Shown here one piece after another: positions 23,970-36,792 of a stretch of DNA of 64,000 nt. Both the position numbers and the translations under genes were made by a program. The first letter of the stretch is position 1. Each line of letters starts with the position of its first letter. The notes under the pieces are model-generated. The model was not told the origin of the DNA. It did not search any database and saw only the letters and a program-made list of their open reading frames with translations. Origin of the DNA: Atractiella rhizophila (Eukaryota). Where the stretch lies: NCBI GenBank assembly GCA_021432655.1, contig MU271381.1, positions 1-64,000 of the forward strand, in the 5' to 3' direction.

Positions 23970-25101
23970 CTACATTGCGGTCGTAAGTTCGTAGAAAGCT
24001 TGTTGAATTGTGAATGTAAGAGAATGAGAAGAGATCAGCTAGATGTTAATCAAGCAATGAGGTCAGTCTTCCACCTTCGACTCGTTATACAGTCGATGAT
24101 GACGCTGTCAGGTAAATCCCAATGAAGATGCACGACATTGCATGCTTCAATTCAGAAAAGAAATGACGACCTCAGTCCAAGCCTTCGCCCAAGTACTATC
24201 ATATCAAGCAAAGCGCACCATGATAAAGAAAATCTGATGTCATGTACATGGTCAACTTTCAGGACTCCAGTCAATTGACACCAACTCCACTCGAATCAGC
24301 CAGAAAGAGAGGACCCACCGTGTTTGAACGCCAATCTCAACCTCAACCTTGCAGACATGCTTATTTCAAGGTCAACATGCTGATTGCATTTGAATTAGAA
24401 TTTCGGACAAAAGGCGAAGAGCCACAAGGCTGGGGCACAGCGAATTCGGATGGGCGATTTGACATCGCTTTATTAAGAACCAGTTGCAGGGCTGAGATGT
24501 GAGAGAGGTATTGAGAGGCAGACATCAGGAGAACGTTGATAGCGCTCTGAGATTTTTAGGAACTTGCTGTTTTGTTGTTTGTGGGAGCGAGATGAGGTGG
24601 TTGAAGCAACAGGAAGAAAAGTCTCGGAGCTGAGAAATGGATGATGTCAGATCTTGGAAGATAGTTTATTCTTTTTTTAAGCTTAATGTTTAGTCCGAAA
24701 AATAAACCAATTCTGAGATAGGAGATCCGATAATTTTTATTTTTGCTTGTCAAAGGTTTGCCTCCGCCTTCCGATTTTAAATTCCCGAGTCCGTTGTTTT
24801 GTTACCTCTTCGCCCTCCCCAACTAATTCCCACCACAACCCTGCCACGGTCCAGCGGTTCCCTTCCCTCCTTCGTAAAATTACCATCGCTTCCTCGAAAA
24901 ACAAATATATACGGCTCGGGGTCGGATCAAGAATGAGAAAGGCTCGACAGCAGGAAGTGGAGGAAGAGACATGCATGCGAAATGGGAGGAAGTGGCTGCG
25001 CGGGGTTTCCATAAGCAGGAACAAGAGGAGAGGTGGCGCGGATGAAAACGAAGTCTCTTACACAGGTACGCTTTGAACCTTTTCCTTGTCATTGTGGGTG
25101 T

Positions 25102-26945
25102 ACCTCGACACCATGTTTTCCTTTCCTTTCTTTGCCCTGACCTGCGGGAAGGCCACCGGAATTTTTTGGGTTCGGGAGTTTCTTCCCGTTCAAACTGCAG
25201 GTTCCTTCACTGGCCCCGCGTCTTCTCTTGTTTGCATCGACTGCTTCTACCTTTGCCTTGCTTTGAGCAGGCAGCGCGGGAAATGCAGGACCTGGAGGCA
25301 AAGCAGACTTGGGCGACAACGATTGTGGGAATGAATGACTGTGTCGATTCGAAACCTAATCGGACTTGTCAGATTCAAATCTCCGAGAAGACTTGACCTT
25401 CTTTCCTATCTGCTGACCATGAACCTTCTGCAACTTCCTGCCAAATAATTACCAAACGCTTTCATGAGTTCAATTTATGCACACGTGCAGAGAAGCTTTA
25501 TTTCTTTGACCTTGATGTTGTTTGGAAGGTTGAGATGATTGTAAACTTTGGAGTAGTTAATTCAGCAGAAGGCATAAAAGGTCTGTCGCCGTCACCTTGA
25601 CTTCCCCATTCCGTCGACGCCCTCGTCGTTCAAGTTCATTCTCCTTCATTCTTCTTTTTCCTTCCACCCAAAATTCATCCAAATCTCAAAAGTTGCATGT
25701 CATGCTCATAAAAATGTATCATCAATCTCCAGATTCCTCACCTCCAAACTCCCCTGTCTCTTCGCCGCCATCATCCCACACCACTCTCGCTCCGTTGCTC
25801 TCCCATCTCTCACTCACCGACAGACCTTCAGCCAAAGCTTTTTCTTTTTCCTGTGCAAACGGCGGAAGGGTCGTCAGACTCAGTCCCTACCAACAACAGT
25901 CCAAGAGAACGCTCAGAGTCTTTCGTTTTCCGACACCTGGATCAGATGAAGATTCCGATCAAGATGAAGATGATCACGCGGTCGAGATTGAGGAGGAAGA
26001 TGAAGAGGAGATTATCTGGGCAGACCTCGACACCATGTTTTCCTTTCCTTTCTTTGCCCTGACCTGCGGGAAGGCCACCGGAATTTTTTGGGTTCGGGAG
26101 TTTCTTCCCGTTCAAACTGCAGGTTCCTTCACTGGCCCCGCGTCTTCTCTTGTTTGCATCGACTGCTTCTACCTTTGCCTTGCTTTGAGCAGGCAGCGCG
26201 GGAAATGCAGGACCTGGAGGCAAAGCAGACTTGGGCGACAACGATTGTGGGAATGAATGACTGTGTCGATTCGAAACCTAATCGGACTTGTCAGATTCAA
26301 ATCTCCGAGAAGACTTGACCTTCTTTCCTATCTGCTGACCATGAACCTTCTGCAACTTCCTGCCAAATAATTACCAAACGCTTTCATGAGTTCAATTTAT
26401 GCACACGTGCAGAGAAGCTTTATTTCTTTGACCTTGATGTTGTTTGGAAGGTTGAGATGATTGTAAACTTTGGAGTAGTTAATTCAGCAGAAGGCATAAA
26501 AGGTCTGTCGCCGTCACCTTGACTTCCCCATTCCGTCGACGCCCTCGTCGTTCAAGTTCATTCTCCTTCATTCTTCTTTTTCCTTCCACCCAAAATTCAT
26601 CCAAATCTCAAAAGTTGCATGTCATGCTCATAAAAATGTATCATCAATCTCCAGATTCCTCACCTCCAAACTCCCCTGTCTCTTCGCCGCCATCATCCCA
26701 CACCACTCTCGCTCCGTTGCTCTCCCATCTCTCACTCACCGACAGACCTTCAGCCAAAGCTTTTTCTTTTTCCTGTGCAAACGGCGGAAGGGTCGTCAGA
26801 CTCAGTCCCTACCAACAACAGTCCAAGAGAACGCTCAGAGTCTTTCGTTTTCCGACACCTGGATCAGATGAAGATTCCGATCAAGATGAAGATGATCACG
26901 CGGTCGAGATTGAGGAGGAAGATGAAGAGGAGATTATCTGGGCAG
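25102..26945. repeat. Tandem duplication, 2 x 922 bp (25102-26023 / 26024-26945)
   Basis: Both units start ACCTCGACACCATG and end ATTATCTGGGCAG; no mismatch noticed by eye; ORF track shows identical peptides offset by 922. Confidence 0.95.
25714..26256 (+). pseudogene. Chimeric truncated copy of the downstream hypothetical gene
   Basis: First ~103 codons identical to the gene at 26636, then reads through the duplication junction into upstream non-coding DNA. Confidence 0.6.
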
Positions 26946-28558
26946 AGTCGATAGAGGGAATGGGTATGGGCATCGACGCCTCCTACTCCCTCTGTCATCA
27001 CGACGCGATCGAAGATGGAGACGAGATTGTATCACGGGTTCTGTCAGAGTCAGAAACGCAATACACTTCAGATCCTCAGACGCCGACACCTCCTCCCTCA
27101 CCTACGAACATGTCTGCCAGTGATGCCGTCGTCATTCAACCTACAACAACCGACGCACTCCCTGCACAGAATGTGCTGACGTCCAGTCCACCAAATGTGT
27201 GTTCCTCGCTTGCGGGAGTTAAGCCTCTCCCTTCCCTTCTCCATCTCCAACAGTCACCTATCTCACCGCGAACCCATTCAACGAAACGCAAGCTGTCATC
27301 AGCAAGCAACACCAGTCAATCCGGGAAGGCATTCAAGTCCCTCTCGCTTTTTCCAAATGCACCTGTGGAGAGGACGAAGAAGAGGAAGATGACGCACAGA
27401 CACTATCGATCGCCTGTACTTGTGCTCAGACCGCTCGAACTCGGCGTCATCCCCATCGCTCCGAGTGTCAAGGTACCCGAAGCCAATTTCACATTTGCTA
27501 CCGATTGTTTACCTCTATCAAACAACCCTGCTTCTATCTCCAGACAACCTCTTTTACCCGCACTCATTCCTAAAATACAAACCATCCATCCGCCAAGTTG
27601 GTGGGCCTCGCTTGCTCTCCCACCAGATACGAGCAGGCCGTCGAGGTTCCAGCCTCCTGAACATCGCTGGGTCGGGACGGGAGAGGGATGGAAGTTGTCG
27701 ATCAAGGACATGGTTTGTTACCCCCTCCCTTTTCGTCAATGCAGATGCTGACGTGGTTCGGTTACACAGCTCGAGCAAGCAACAAGTGAAGACGTGCGTC
27801 CGGATCCTGATCGCCGAAAGCGAGCTCCTCGACATGCAATGTCTCTTCCATCCATCTCTCCCGTTTCCTCTCCCATTCTCCCCCCTCGGATACGAGCCAT
27901 GTCTTGTCCTTCCCCAGGTACAGGATACTGTCAGCCGTTCTACCTTTATAAGGAAACTCAACCGCCACCCCAGAAGGCACACCTGCTGGCAATGCTCAGG
28001 ATGCGCATGGCGCCTGATTTGATGGCGGGAAGTGCTGGATTGAGGTTTAAAAAGTGGGCACTTTGGAATGGTTCGTCCTCACGTTCTTGCTGGAATGGTG
28101 ACTGACAGATGGTTGTGTGTATAGCATTTGCTAAAAGACCACCGCCTAGCATCATGGATTTCAACGGCGAAGCTGCTGCAGGTCTGGAATCTCCAAGGGA
28201 GCTGTTGGACGACGACGATTTGTATTCGGACTCGGATTCAGGGGACGAGTTGGACGATTATGACGACGAGGACGAAGTGCTCGATATCACGATGGAGGCA
28301 GCTTCTGCTCAGCCTTCACAAAAGGAAATGTTAATGGCCTTCCCATCTCAACTGCCCCAACTGCGGCCCCAGTTTAATCGAACAGTGTCAGGATTGATGG
28401 AGCCGATCGACAACAACGATGCCTCCCTCACGTCTTCCGAGCAGTCGAGCCCCATACCGATTCCTAAAACGCCAGTCATGTCTCATGCTAAATTGCCTGG
28501 TATCGCTTTGCCTTCCCTGCCTCCAACGTCTCTCCCTCTCGAAAAGTCCATACGGTGA
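26636..28558 (+). CDS. Hypothetical Ser/Pro-rich protein with acidic tracts
   Basis: Long ORF MYHQSPDSSPP... plus downstream exons (about 27770-28070 and 28124-28558) separated by short GT-AG introns. Confidence 0.7.
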
Positions 28559-29483
28559 TGACGATCGTAATCTATCGACTATTGACAGACTTTCCGTCTC
28601 CAATCGCCAGCTTATCCTTGCTTCCTTCTTTTGACTCCCGTTTATTGACTTTGACTTTGTGTCTCGTCGCAATTTGTGTCGCCGCACTCGCAAATGTTGT
28701 TATCCAATATCCTCCTTACTCTTACCCTTCCTCCTTCGAGTCAGAGAGAAAAAATTACTCGTGTTTTCGTTTCGGGAATAAAAGTAATCAGATCGGGATC
28801 GTCAGCCGTTGTTGGTTTGTCCTTAGATTGTTTGTTACGCACTTAGATGCCACTCACCATCGGATGGTCGTTTGGTTTTGTTGCGACGTTTTATTCCCTG
28901 TCTTAGCAAGGATATCTTTTCCCAATCCCTTTCTCACCTTTTGAGTTGACGATTCGGACGGATTCTCTTCCGCTGATTTCCTTCTCAAGTATCTATCAAC
29001 TTGCTCTCCACCTTCAATCAATCCGTGCTTTCAACTATTCCAATTCCAAAGCTGATGTACTTTCTTCCTCTTCTCCTCTTTTCTTCTTCGTGTCCTACTT
29101 TGGTGTCCGTTCTGAAGTGTCCTATTATCATATGTTTACTTTCGATTCGAAAGATTCTGAGTTCGGCTTGCGTCCCTTTTCGTTCCATCTCCCTGATGAC
29201 TTACCGAACCCGCTTGACGGGCCTTGGACTCAATCTGTCTCTATATGTTGCTTAGTTTTGGGATTGGCCTATATCGTGGGTTGTATTGCTGATTGTATCA
29301 AGTACCCAAATATCAATGAGTTCATTTGCCTGCGATTTGTCTCAGTGTGCCGTTGTGACGATAGTTCAAGTATACAATGTCTTCATGCCATTGCAAGTTG
29401 CTTGCCATGTCTTAAAGTTCGGAGCGTTTCAAACGCTGTGGGTGGCAATTTTATCAGTTCTTTATTTTCGATGATCGCTTACA

Positions 29484-32400
29484 ATGCCACCTAAATACCA
29501 AAAGAGGCCCACCCTTCCGCCTTCTTTGCGAAAGGAACTCGAAGACTTAGGTCACATACAACCACCCAAGCGGAAGGGGAAGAGTGTACTTGGGCGACGA
29601 GACAAGCGGAAAGCTGATCGAGAGGCTGGAAAGGAGAAGAAACGAATCTCGTACGAAGGTAAGGGGGACGCGGGGAAAGGGAAGCGTAAAAGAGAGGAGG
29701 ATGGGAACGCTCAGAAGAAGAAGAAGGCGAAGTTAGAGCCGTCAGCTACATCGACGTCTCATGCCAAAACCACTGGAAGGTCTAATCAACCGCCCATCTC
29801 GTCGAAAAGGCCTAAACAAACCCCTCTCGAAAAATTGGTGCAAAAATCTGAAGGACGCCTAGCCGGCTCGAGCGCGAAATCTGGTTCAGAGAAAAGGAAC
29901 AAGAAGCTTCCTCCTAGGCTCCCTGGTGGTGGAAGCGATGAGGAAGATGAGGAAGACCGAAAGATAAAGTGGTTGGAAAAGCAATTGGGAGAAGTGAGAG
30001 AGGAATGGGAAGGGGACGGGCTGGATGGTATGTTTTCTATTGTCATGCCTCGGGAAACACGAGAAGGAAGACAAGGTGTAGATCTGTCTTTGTGCTGGTG
30101 CCCTTAGTAGAATTGGCGTCATGACCGTGAGGACGAGCGTGGCATGTGCGTTAAGATATTTCTTGTTTACATCTAGCTGTGAAGTGTCAGCAAAACTGTT
30201 CCAAAGAGTTCCATGAGACATGTTTGGTTTGGGTTGGGTTCGTTATATATGCCATGGTTGTCTTCGTGGCGCACCGCCTTTCAAAATCGTACACAAGGTC
30301 AAGTGGCACCGAACAGTGCACTAGTTGGATCTCACAATGGGTTATGAATTTGGTTCTACCTACCAGGAGACTTCCCGTGAACTTGTTTTTTTTCTCTCAT
30401 TCCTGTGCAGAGAGGTCTCATCTCTTAGAAACTTTATTCCCCATTAAAGGGTTCACTTACGTCAAAGTATGCCGCTGCTTCTGACTCAAGGAACGGAAAG
30501 ATTGGGTTCTATTTCGACAGCTGCACCTTTTTGTTGGTTGTGTCATCTACAGAGTCTTTTCAGCCAGCTTTCTGTCTGCCTTGTCTCCTTTTGCTCATGA
30601 GGTCATTGTTTAGTCTGCAGTCTCTCAAATGCAAATTTCGTTTCACCGGTCTCCCTTGTTTCAAACGACGAACGGATGTCTCTCCTCGGCTAAATGGTTT
30701 CTGATGCTTAGTCCAACAGACCTTCTAAATGATATCGACAACTTTGAAGGAGTGCTAGACAACTTAGGAGGATCAGAGGACGGTGACAGTGATGACGCTG
30801 AGCCATTGCCTGAGCGTGGAGACGAGAATGCTGTGATGGAAGAGTCGGACGGAGAAGATTCCGGAGACAGCGATATGGGTGGAAGCGAGCTGGATTTGGA
30901 TTTGGGAGAGACGGGCGATGAGGTTTCAGAGTCTGAGGAGGATGATAATTCCGAAGCCGAAACCAGCAAAAATGCAGAGGTGGAAGAGAACACACGTCAG
31001 AACGCTCTTTCGATCACAACAACAATCCCACCACCGCCATCGACTTCTACAGGACGTTATGTTCCCCCACACCTACGTGAGAAATCTGACAATCTTACTA
31101 CCTCCGTCTCCAAACCATCCAATGCTGAGTCGCCATCGCCACATCGGCGACCGTTGTTGGGGTTACTCAATCGTCTCACGCCTACAGCACTTCCCTCTCT
31201 CATACCCCTTTTTCAGACACTCTTCTCCTCAATATCCCGCGGCGAGCTTACCCCTCTCCTTTCAAGCGTGCTTATAGAAGACGTCCTCGCGAAATCAGAC
31301 CAGATAGGCAGTGGTATCCTTCTTTCATTGTCTGGACTGATAGCTTGGCGGGCAAGGGAGAAAATCAGTGGAAAAGCAGAAGTCGCCGGAGTAGTTGCTG
31401 CGACTGTGGAGCGACTGGACGCAGAGATGGCAAAGGGGGGAGAGGGGAAAGAGAAGGACAATCTCATCGAGTTCTTGGCAGATTTGGTCAATTTCAGAGT
31501 ACTCGGCGCAGAGTTGATGTTCGGCTTCATCAGAGAGTTGGTCGAGAAGGAAGGAACTAATATAATTGAAGAAGATGTCGACATGATTCTAAAAATCGTC
31601 AAAGGTGCGTCTCTTTTCGTTTCTAAAACGTGGCTCATTTCATAAATTGATCCAGTCTGCGGTCAACAACTCAAGGCAGAAGACACATCCAGCATCAAAG
31701 ACATCGCAGAACTAGTCGCAACCAAACAAAAATCTGCCCAGCAGTCGACGATTAGGTTCGCGTTTTCTTGTAGACATATACATCGGACTCATCATTCTTT
31801 TAGCTCACGTACACGGTTCATGCTTGAAACTCTGGAGAAGCTAAAGACGTCCAAGTTTCAATTCAAGAAAGGGGGTTTGATCGATGGCAATGACTCTTAC
31901 AACCACATTCAACTCTTTCTCAACACCCTAGACAAGAAAAAACCTTCCGACGTGCCCGATCCATTAAACTTGAGCCTCGAAAGCGTACGTTCTGCGATCT
32001 CCAAAGGACAAGGTGCGAAATGGTGGCTAACGGGAGCTGGACACATCATGGAGACGAAATACGATCCTTGGAATGTCAAAGGTGAATCGGAGGAGAGAGT
32101 TCTCCAGAAAGGAAAGGAGAAAGAGAAAGAAAAGATCGAATTTAAGAAGCTGGCCAAGAAGCAAGGGATGAACACTGATATTCGCGAGCGTATCTTTGGG
32201 GTTATCATGACCAGCGAAGTGAGAATTCTTCTCTGCTCCTGCCTGTTTACTTATCTGGAGGGCTGAAAGGATTACGTGGACGCGTGCGAAAAGCTGCTTC
32301 AACGTAAACTGAGCGAGACTCAACAGCGGGAAATTGTGAGGGTCCTCCTGCATTGTTGTGGATCAGAAAAGACCTACAACCCTTATTACACTCTCATCGG

Positions 32401-33003
32401 CCATCGTCTCCTTACTAGGACGTCAACAAAGGCCACCCATTCCTTCCAAGTCACCATGCAGTATTGGTTGTGGGACTTCTTCCGAGAGTTAGGCGAGGAA
32501 GACATTGGAGGCGAGGGCATGGGAGTTGAGCGAACCGCCAGTGGAGAAACAGTTCCCGAGAGGAAGTGGCAGAATGTCGCTATGTGCTACGCATGGTGGA
32601 TAGCGAAAGGTGGATTGAGTCTCGGGATTTTCAAGGTCTGTCTCATAACATTCATCCTGCCACGACGCTGAAAAGCAAATTACAGCCACTCGATTTCAAA
32701 TCGCTCGCCTCAGACTCCAAATCCTTTCTCACTCACCTCTTCAGCTCCCTCTTTTTCTCACTGCAAACGACTTCTCCGCTCCTGTCCATCAATCCCACTA
32801 CACCCTGGAAGAAAGATGCATCCCTCCTTCGCAAAGTCTTCGAAACGACGCCAGTGCTCAGTGATCGCAAGTTGTGTAAAGGCGTAGGTGAATTTCTGAG
32901 AGCCTATAATTTCAAGCCAAAAACGAGAAATGAAAGGGAAAAGGAAATTTTAGATTGGAGCCGAAAGGAGGTCATTGAATTACTCGGGATGATGGAGGAT
33001 TGA
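29484..33003 (+). CDS. SGD1: Sgd1/NOM1 nucleolar MIF4G + MA3 domain protein
   Basis: Basic N-terminus, DGLD|DLL across a 692-nt intron, RYVPPHLR, LLGLLNRL, RFMLETL, MNTDIRERIFGVIMTSEDYVDA, CCGSEKTYNPYY. Confidence 0.9.
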
Positions 33004-33292
33004 TTACCACTTCATCCATTTACTATCTCCCCATTCGCGTTTCCATATGTATTCAACAATTCTGGCAGTGTCCCGCGCGACATTAAAGTACAGGATGGTC
33101 GATGCTCCCAAGTGTACTAGGAAGGAAAAGATCTCTGAAGGGAATATAGTTCGACAGCTGCTGCATTTCCATACATTTTTTATAATTTATGCAAATTTAC
33201 ATTCCTTTCTCGCCCTCCTCGCGTCACCCACCTCAACATAATCTTCTCTCGATTAGAGCTGCTACAAATGGATGCAGGCTATAAGTTGTCAA

Positions 33293-34795
33293 CTATGGTC
33301 TATTCCTCCTCTTAAATGCCACAGTGCTCGTCGTCTGTCCCTGGCGCCCTCCAAATGTAAATTGCTTCGCGGGTTTCAGTTCGACGTAGAATTCAAGATC
33401 TGCCAATTCATCCCCATCACATTGTTCACAGGTACTCCGTAGGCAAGGAAAGAGGACGCACCGTCAGACTCGAATTTCGAACGCAGCTCGGGTGTTGTCC
33501 AATTACAGCTATGGCGATAGGTAAGCTATCCAGTTGATCAGAAGGAGTAGAGGACGAACGAAGTGATGAGGAAGAATCCAGCCGGTTTTATGAGCTTCAA
33601 CACATTTCTCTGACAGCCCTTTAAGAGCGGTGAAAGGGAAGAGGATGTGGACGACCGACGAAGTACTTTTTCTCCGCTTTCTCCTCGTCTTCTTTTTGTT
33701 CCATCAAACAAATCGCATCAAAAGTCCCCTTATCACACACGAGGTCCCAACCCATTTTCGTATTCCACTCCTCCCCTTCTAGATCCTGCAAGATATCGCC
33801 AACGAAGACCCGGACCGCGCCGCAGCCTTCCTTCTCATTGATTCTCTCTGCCAACTCCACGCTCGCAGGACTGTAGTCCATCCCCACTACTCCATCCTCT
33901 GGATATCCCTCCTCAACGAAAAGCCTCAGTAGGTGGCCATTCCCCGTGCCTAGGTCGAGGATGTTGGGAGGAGGAGAGCTCGTTGCGGGTACGTGTTTGA
34001 GCGACCACCGCACCATCGAGGCAGCAACGGCTTCTCCGAACCAGACTTCTCCCTCGTCACCTGTCTCTTCGAAGTTCGAAACTTCACGGCTGTTGTATCA
34101 AACATGTCAGTAATATGCTGGATGGTAAGCTGAGAGTTGTCTTGGAGCATCATCATTTTCTCCAAGGCATCGGCTTTAACCTCCTGTGTCATATGCCTAT
34201 GAGTTGAGTTGATGACCTCGTCATAAAGTAGATGCTTGATTTCACTCATCTTTCAAAACAGTACATTCTTCCGAATTTCAGAGACGATATGCAGTGGAGC
34301 ACAAACTCTTCAGGAGAAATACTAAGGAGGTTCTATCTTGGCCAAAGTGAAGGCGACTACATCGATGCCACTATCCCTGCGAATATAGTGCATTTCAAAA
34401 AGAAAGTGCACACTATCTTCATCCACGAATACAACACCTCCAATACTTCTTTCCAGGGGCACGGCGCATTCATGCTGAAGTTCTCAGGCATATTTGAGCT
34501 TTGATCCAATCTAGACTTCATTAGAAATGGAAAGCAAAGAAAGTAACCTCGCCCTCGCTCTGGAACAGTTAAAAGTATTATTTTAAATTCCATTCGCTCT
34601 AGGTCTCATCGCCTTAGGAAGGCAAAGCAGACGTATAAAACGGAGACAATCATATCGCGTTTTTCATTGTGCGTTAAGGATAAGTTTCGTTTCTTTGCTG
34701 CTTTACAGATTGTCAGAAGATTGGGCGCACCTGTAGACTTGATCCCAATGTTCTTTGGTTCCTAGTCTGGAGGAAGGTAGGGACTCATCCATCAT
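33293..34795 (-). CDS. EFM4: Protein-lysine N-methyltransferase Efm4 (METTL10/EEF1AKMT2)
   Basis: SRLGTKEHWDQVYS|REVSNFEETGDEGEVWFGE, ILDLGTGNG, DKGTFDAI, FTFGGRQGQT; 641-nt first intron 34090-34730. Confidence 0.92.
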
Positions 34796-34947
34796 CCGTG
34801 TCTGTGACTTCTTAATGTCGATGTTGATGGAGAAATGCGTGTGATTGGGAAATGCGGTGATGAGGTCATCACAGATCAAGAAATCAACCAACAACAATCT
34901 GTCTTTAACGCGTTATCAGTGTCTCTGACCTCTCTAGCAATATCAGA

Positions 34948-35379
34948 ATGACCTCCCAAGAGCAACAAGTTCCATCTATCCCCAACATCCATGTTCCCGG
35001 CTCGACCTCTCCACTGAAGGAATCTCAAACATCCGTTCGTGCTCTCCCTCCACACTCCATTGCCAACAATTCACTGACGAGTTTGAAAATGTACCAAAAG
35101 TCACCAACAATAACCATCCTCTACTTCTCCTCCGCCCGGACCTCTTTCTCTCCACCTCTCTCACAAGAAATCCTCGCACTTCCCATCGTCCCCTTTGCGC
35201 TCGGCGACCTGGCGGGCATACTGGTTCAACGGCACGAGAGGAATAAGGAGCTTGGAGGAATTCTGGCGCGGAGCGTTTGGAGCGTGAATGAGGTCGTGGT
35301 GGAGAGGGAGAAGGAGATTGAGACTCCGTTGATGGGTGGAGAAGTCGTGGCTTGCATCCCGCCCGTTTCGGGGGGTTGA
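34948..35379 (+). CDS. MOCS2A: Molybdopterin synthase sulfur-carrier subunit (MoaD/MOCS2A/CnxG)
   Basis: ITILYFSSAR, VWSVNE, VACIPPVSGG-stop with C-terminal GG; real start may be the internal Met at about 35089. Confidence 0.85.
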   Translation: MTSQEQQVPSIPNIHVPGSTSPLKESQTSVRALPPHSIANNSLTSLKMYQKSPTITILYFSSARTSFSPPLSQEILALPIVPFALGDLAGILVQRHERNKELGGILARSVWSVNEVVVEREKEIETPLMGGEVVACIPPVSGG

Positions 35380-36792
35380 GTGGATGAAGGAGGTGAGTGG
35401 ACGTTACTAAATGTTGAATATGAAATGTGGGAACTGTGTATATTGTATTATTAAGAAGTTAGATGTACTTCTGGCTGAGAAACTGGTCTCCCCTCAAACC
35501 TATTCGAGAAAGTGCATACTGACTGTCTCTTATCGTCGCACAATAAACAAAATCATAAGATGTCACTTCAACCTTCACCATACCACCCTTCTTGACAGTC
35601 TGTGGTCATACAACAGTTTGATGACCAGCCATTTATCTGCCGAAACATTCGAAATCGATACTTGCTGCACCCTGTAATAGACCGCGATTTGTTCACCTTT
35701 CATATTAACAATTGCCTTTGTGCTCCTCCCTAACTTGCCACTCATGGATGGAATCGCTCAAATTGTCGTATTTACGATCTCGTGTCCAATCCATCCAGGA
35801 ATTAAATTTGGATACTTTAAAGGCAGTCATTATACTGGTTGTATCCCTCTTTGTTCTTTTCTGCCGCGATCAAACCGTCGATAATTGTTCGTGTGGCTCC
35901 AACCTACAAGTCTTGTTGCGTACGGAACCCTCACCAAGTTTCTATTAAACAGGCATTATATGCTCTCACAGGTCTATTCTCATCCTCTCCGTCGAAATGA
36001 ACTGTGCACCAGAAAGAATTTACATGTATGCTAGGTCGTTAGTTGTCACCCTGGCGCGGGTTCCTACATTTGTTTCTACGTAAGTCTATTTAGATGTACC
36101 ACTCTTCTCAGAGCATTTTCAATTTCTTTACAAGCGTTAGCATGACGATGCGATGGGACAATAAATGTCGACCAATCACTGCTGCCAAGGTTGAACATGA
36201 CGCCCTCCTTTCTCAACCATGTTTAATGGAAAACACGATAGTGAGTAGCTCTCGCTCCCTCTTCTCCGCGTCTTGCTCATCAAACTTTACAAGGACGGAA
36301 TTTCTCAAAAACACTCGATTACAATTACAATGTACACCAGCATGCTAGCGTGACATGATTGGAAGGAATGTTGACAAGTGGAGCTAAGTTGGCCTCTTCT
36401 CACTTTCGATCTTTCCCTCCTTACATGGACATTTTACCTGGATTTGAGATGGGGATATTCTCTTGTGCGCGAACGCATGAGGAAGGGCGTGATTGGACCT
36501 TTGGATCTGGAAGGCAGTTAACTTGGGTGGAGAAGATGGTAGAGACTTGGGGTGTTGTATTAGCACACAAACAATATACGCCCTGAGTAAATGAAGTATT
36601 AAGGAGGCAAAAGCCATGAAGCATCTTCAAGGAAAAGTGTGACGTGCTCTAAAGCGGGAGATGTTGGCGGACCCGAAGCCCTTGACAAACAACTTCTGAC
36701 TTTCAGGTTCAAGTTCGTCTCAGCTTCCCAGTAGAAGTCCAGGATAGCTGCAGGATAAGGTGGTATTGGTATCTGTATACGTATTACTCGCA

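Noticed and set aside
28555..29494. Hydrophobic ORFs of 129 and 182 aa
   Set aside because: Arise from T-rich 3'-UTR/intergenic sequence; no family features
35400..36750. ORF fragments downstream of MOCS2A as a possible MoaE partner
   Set aside because: No MoaE motifs found
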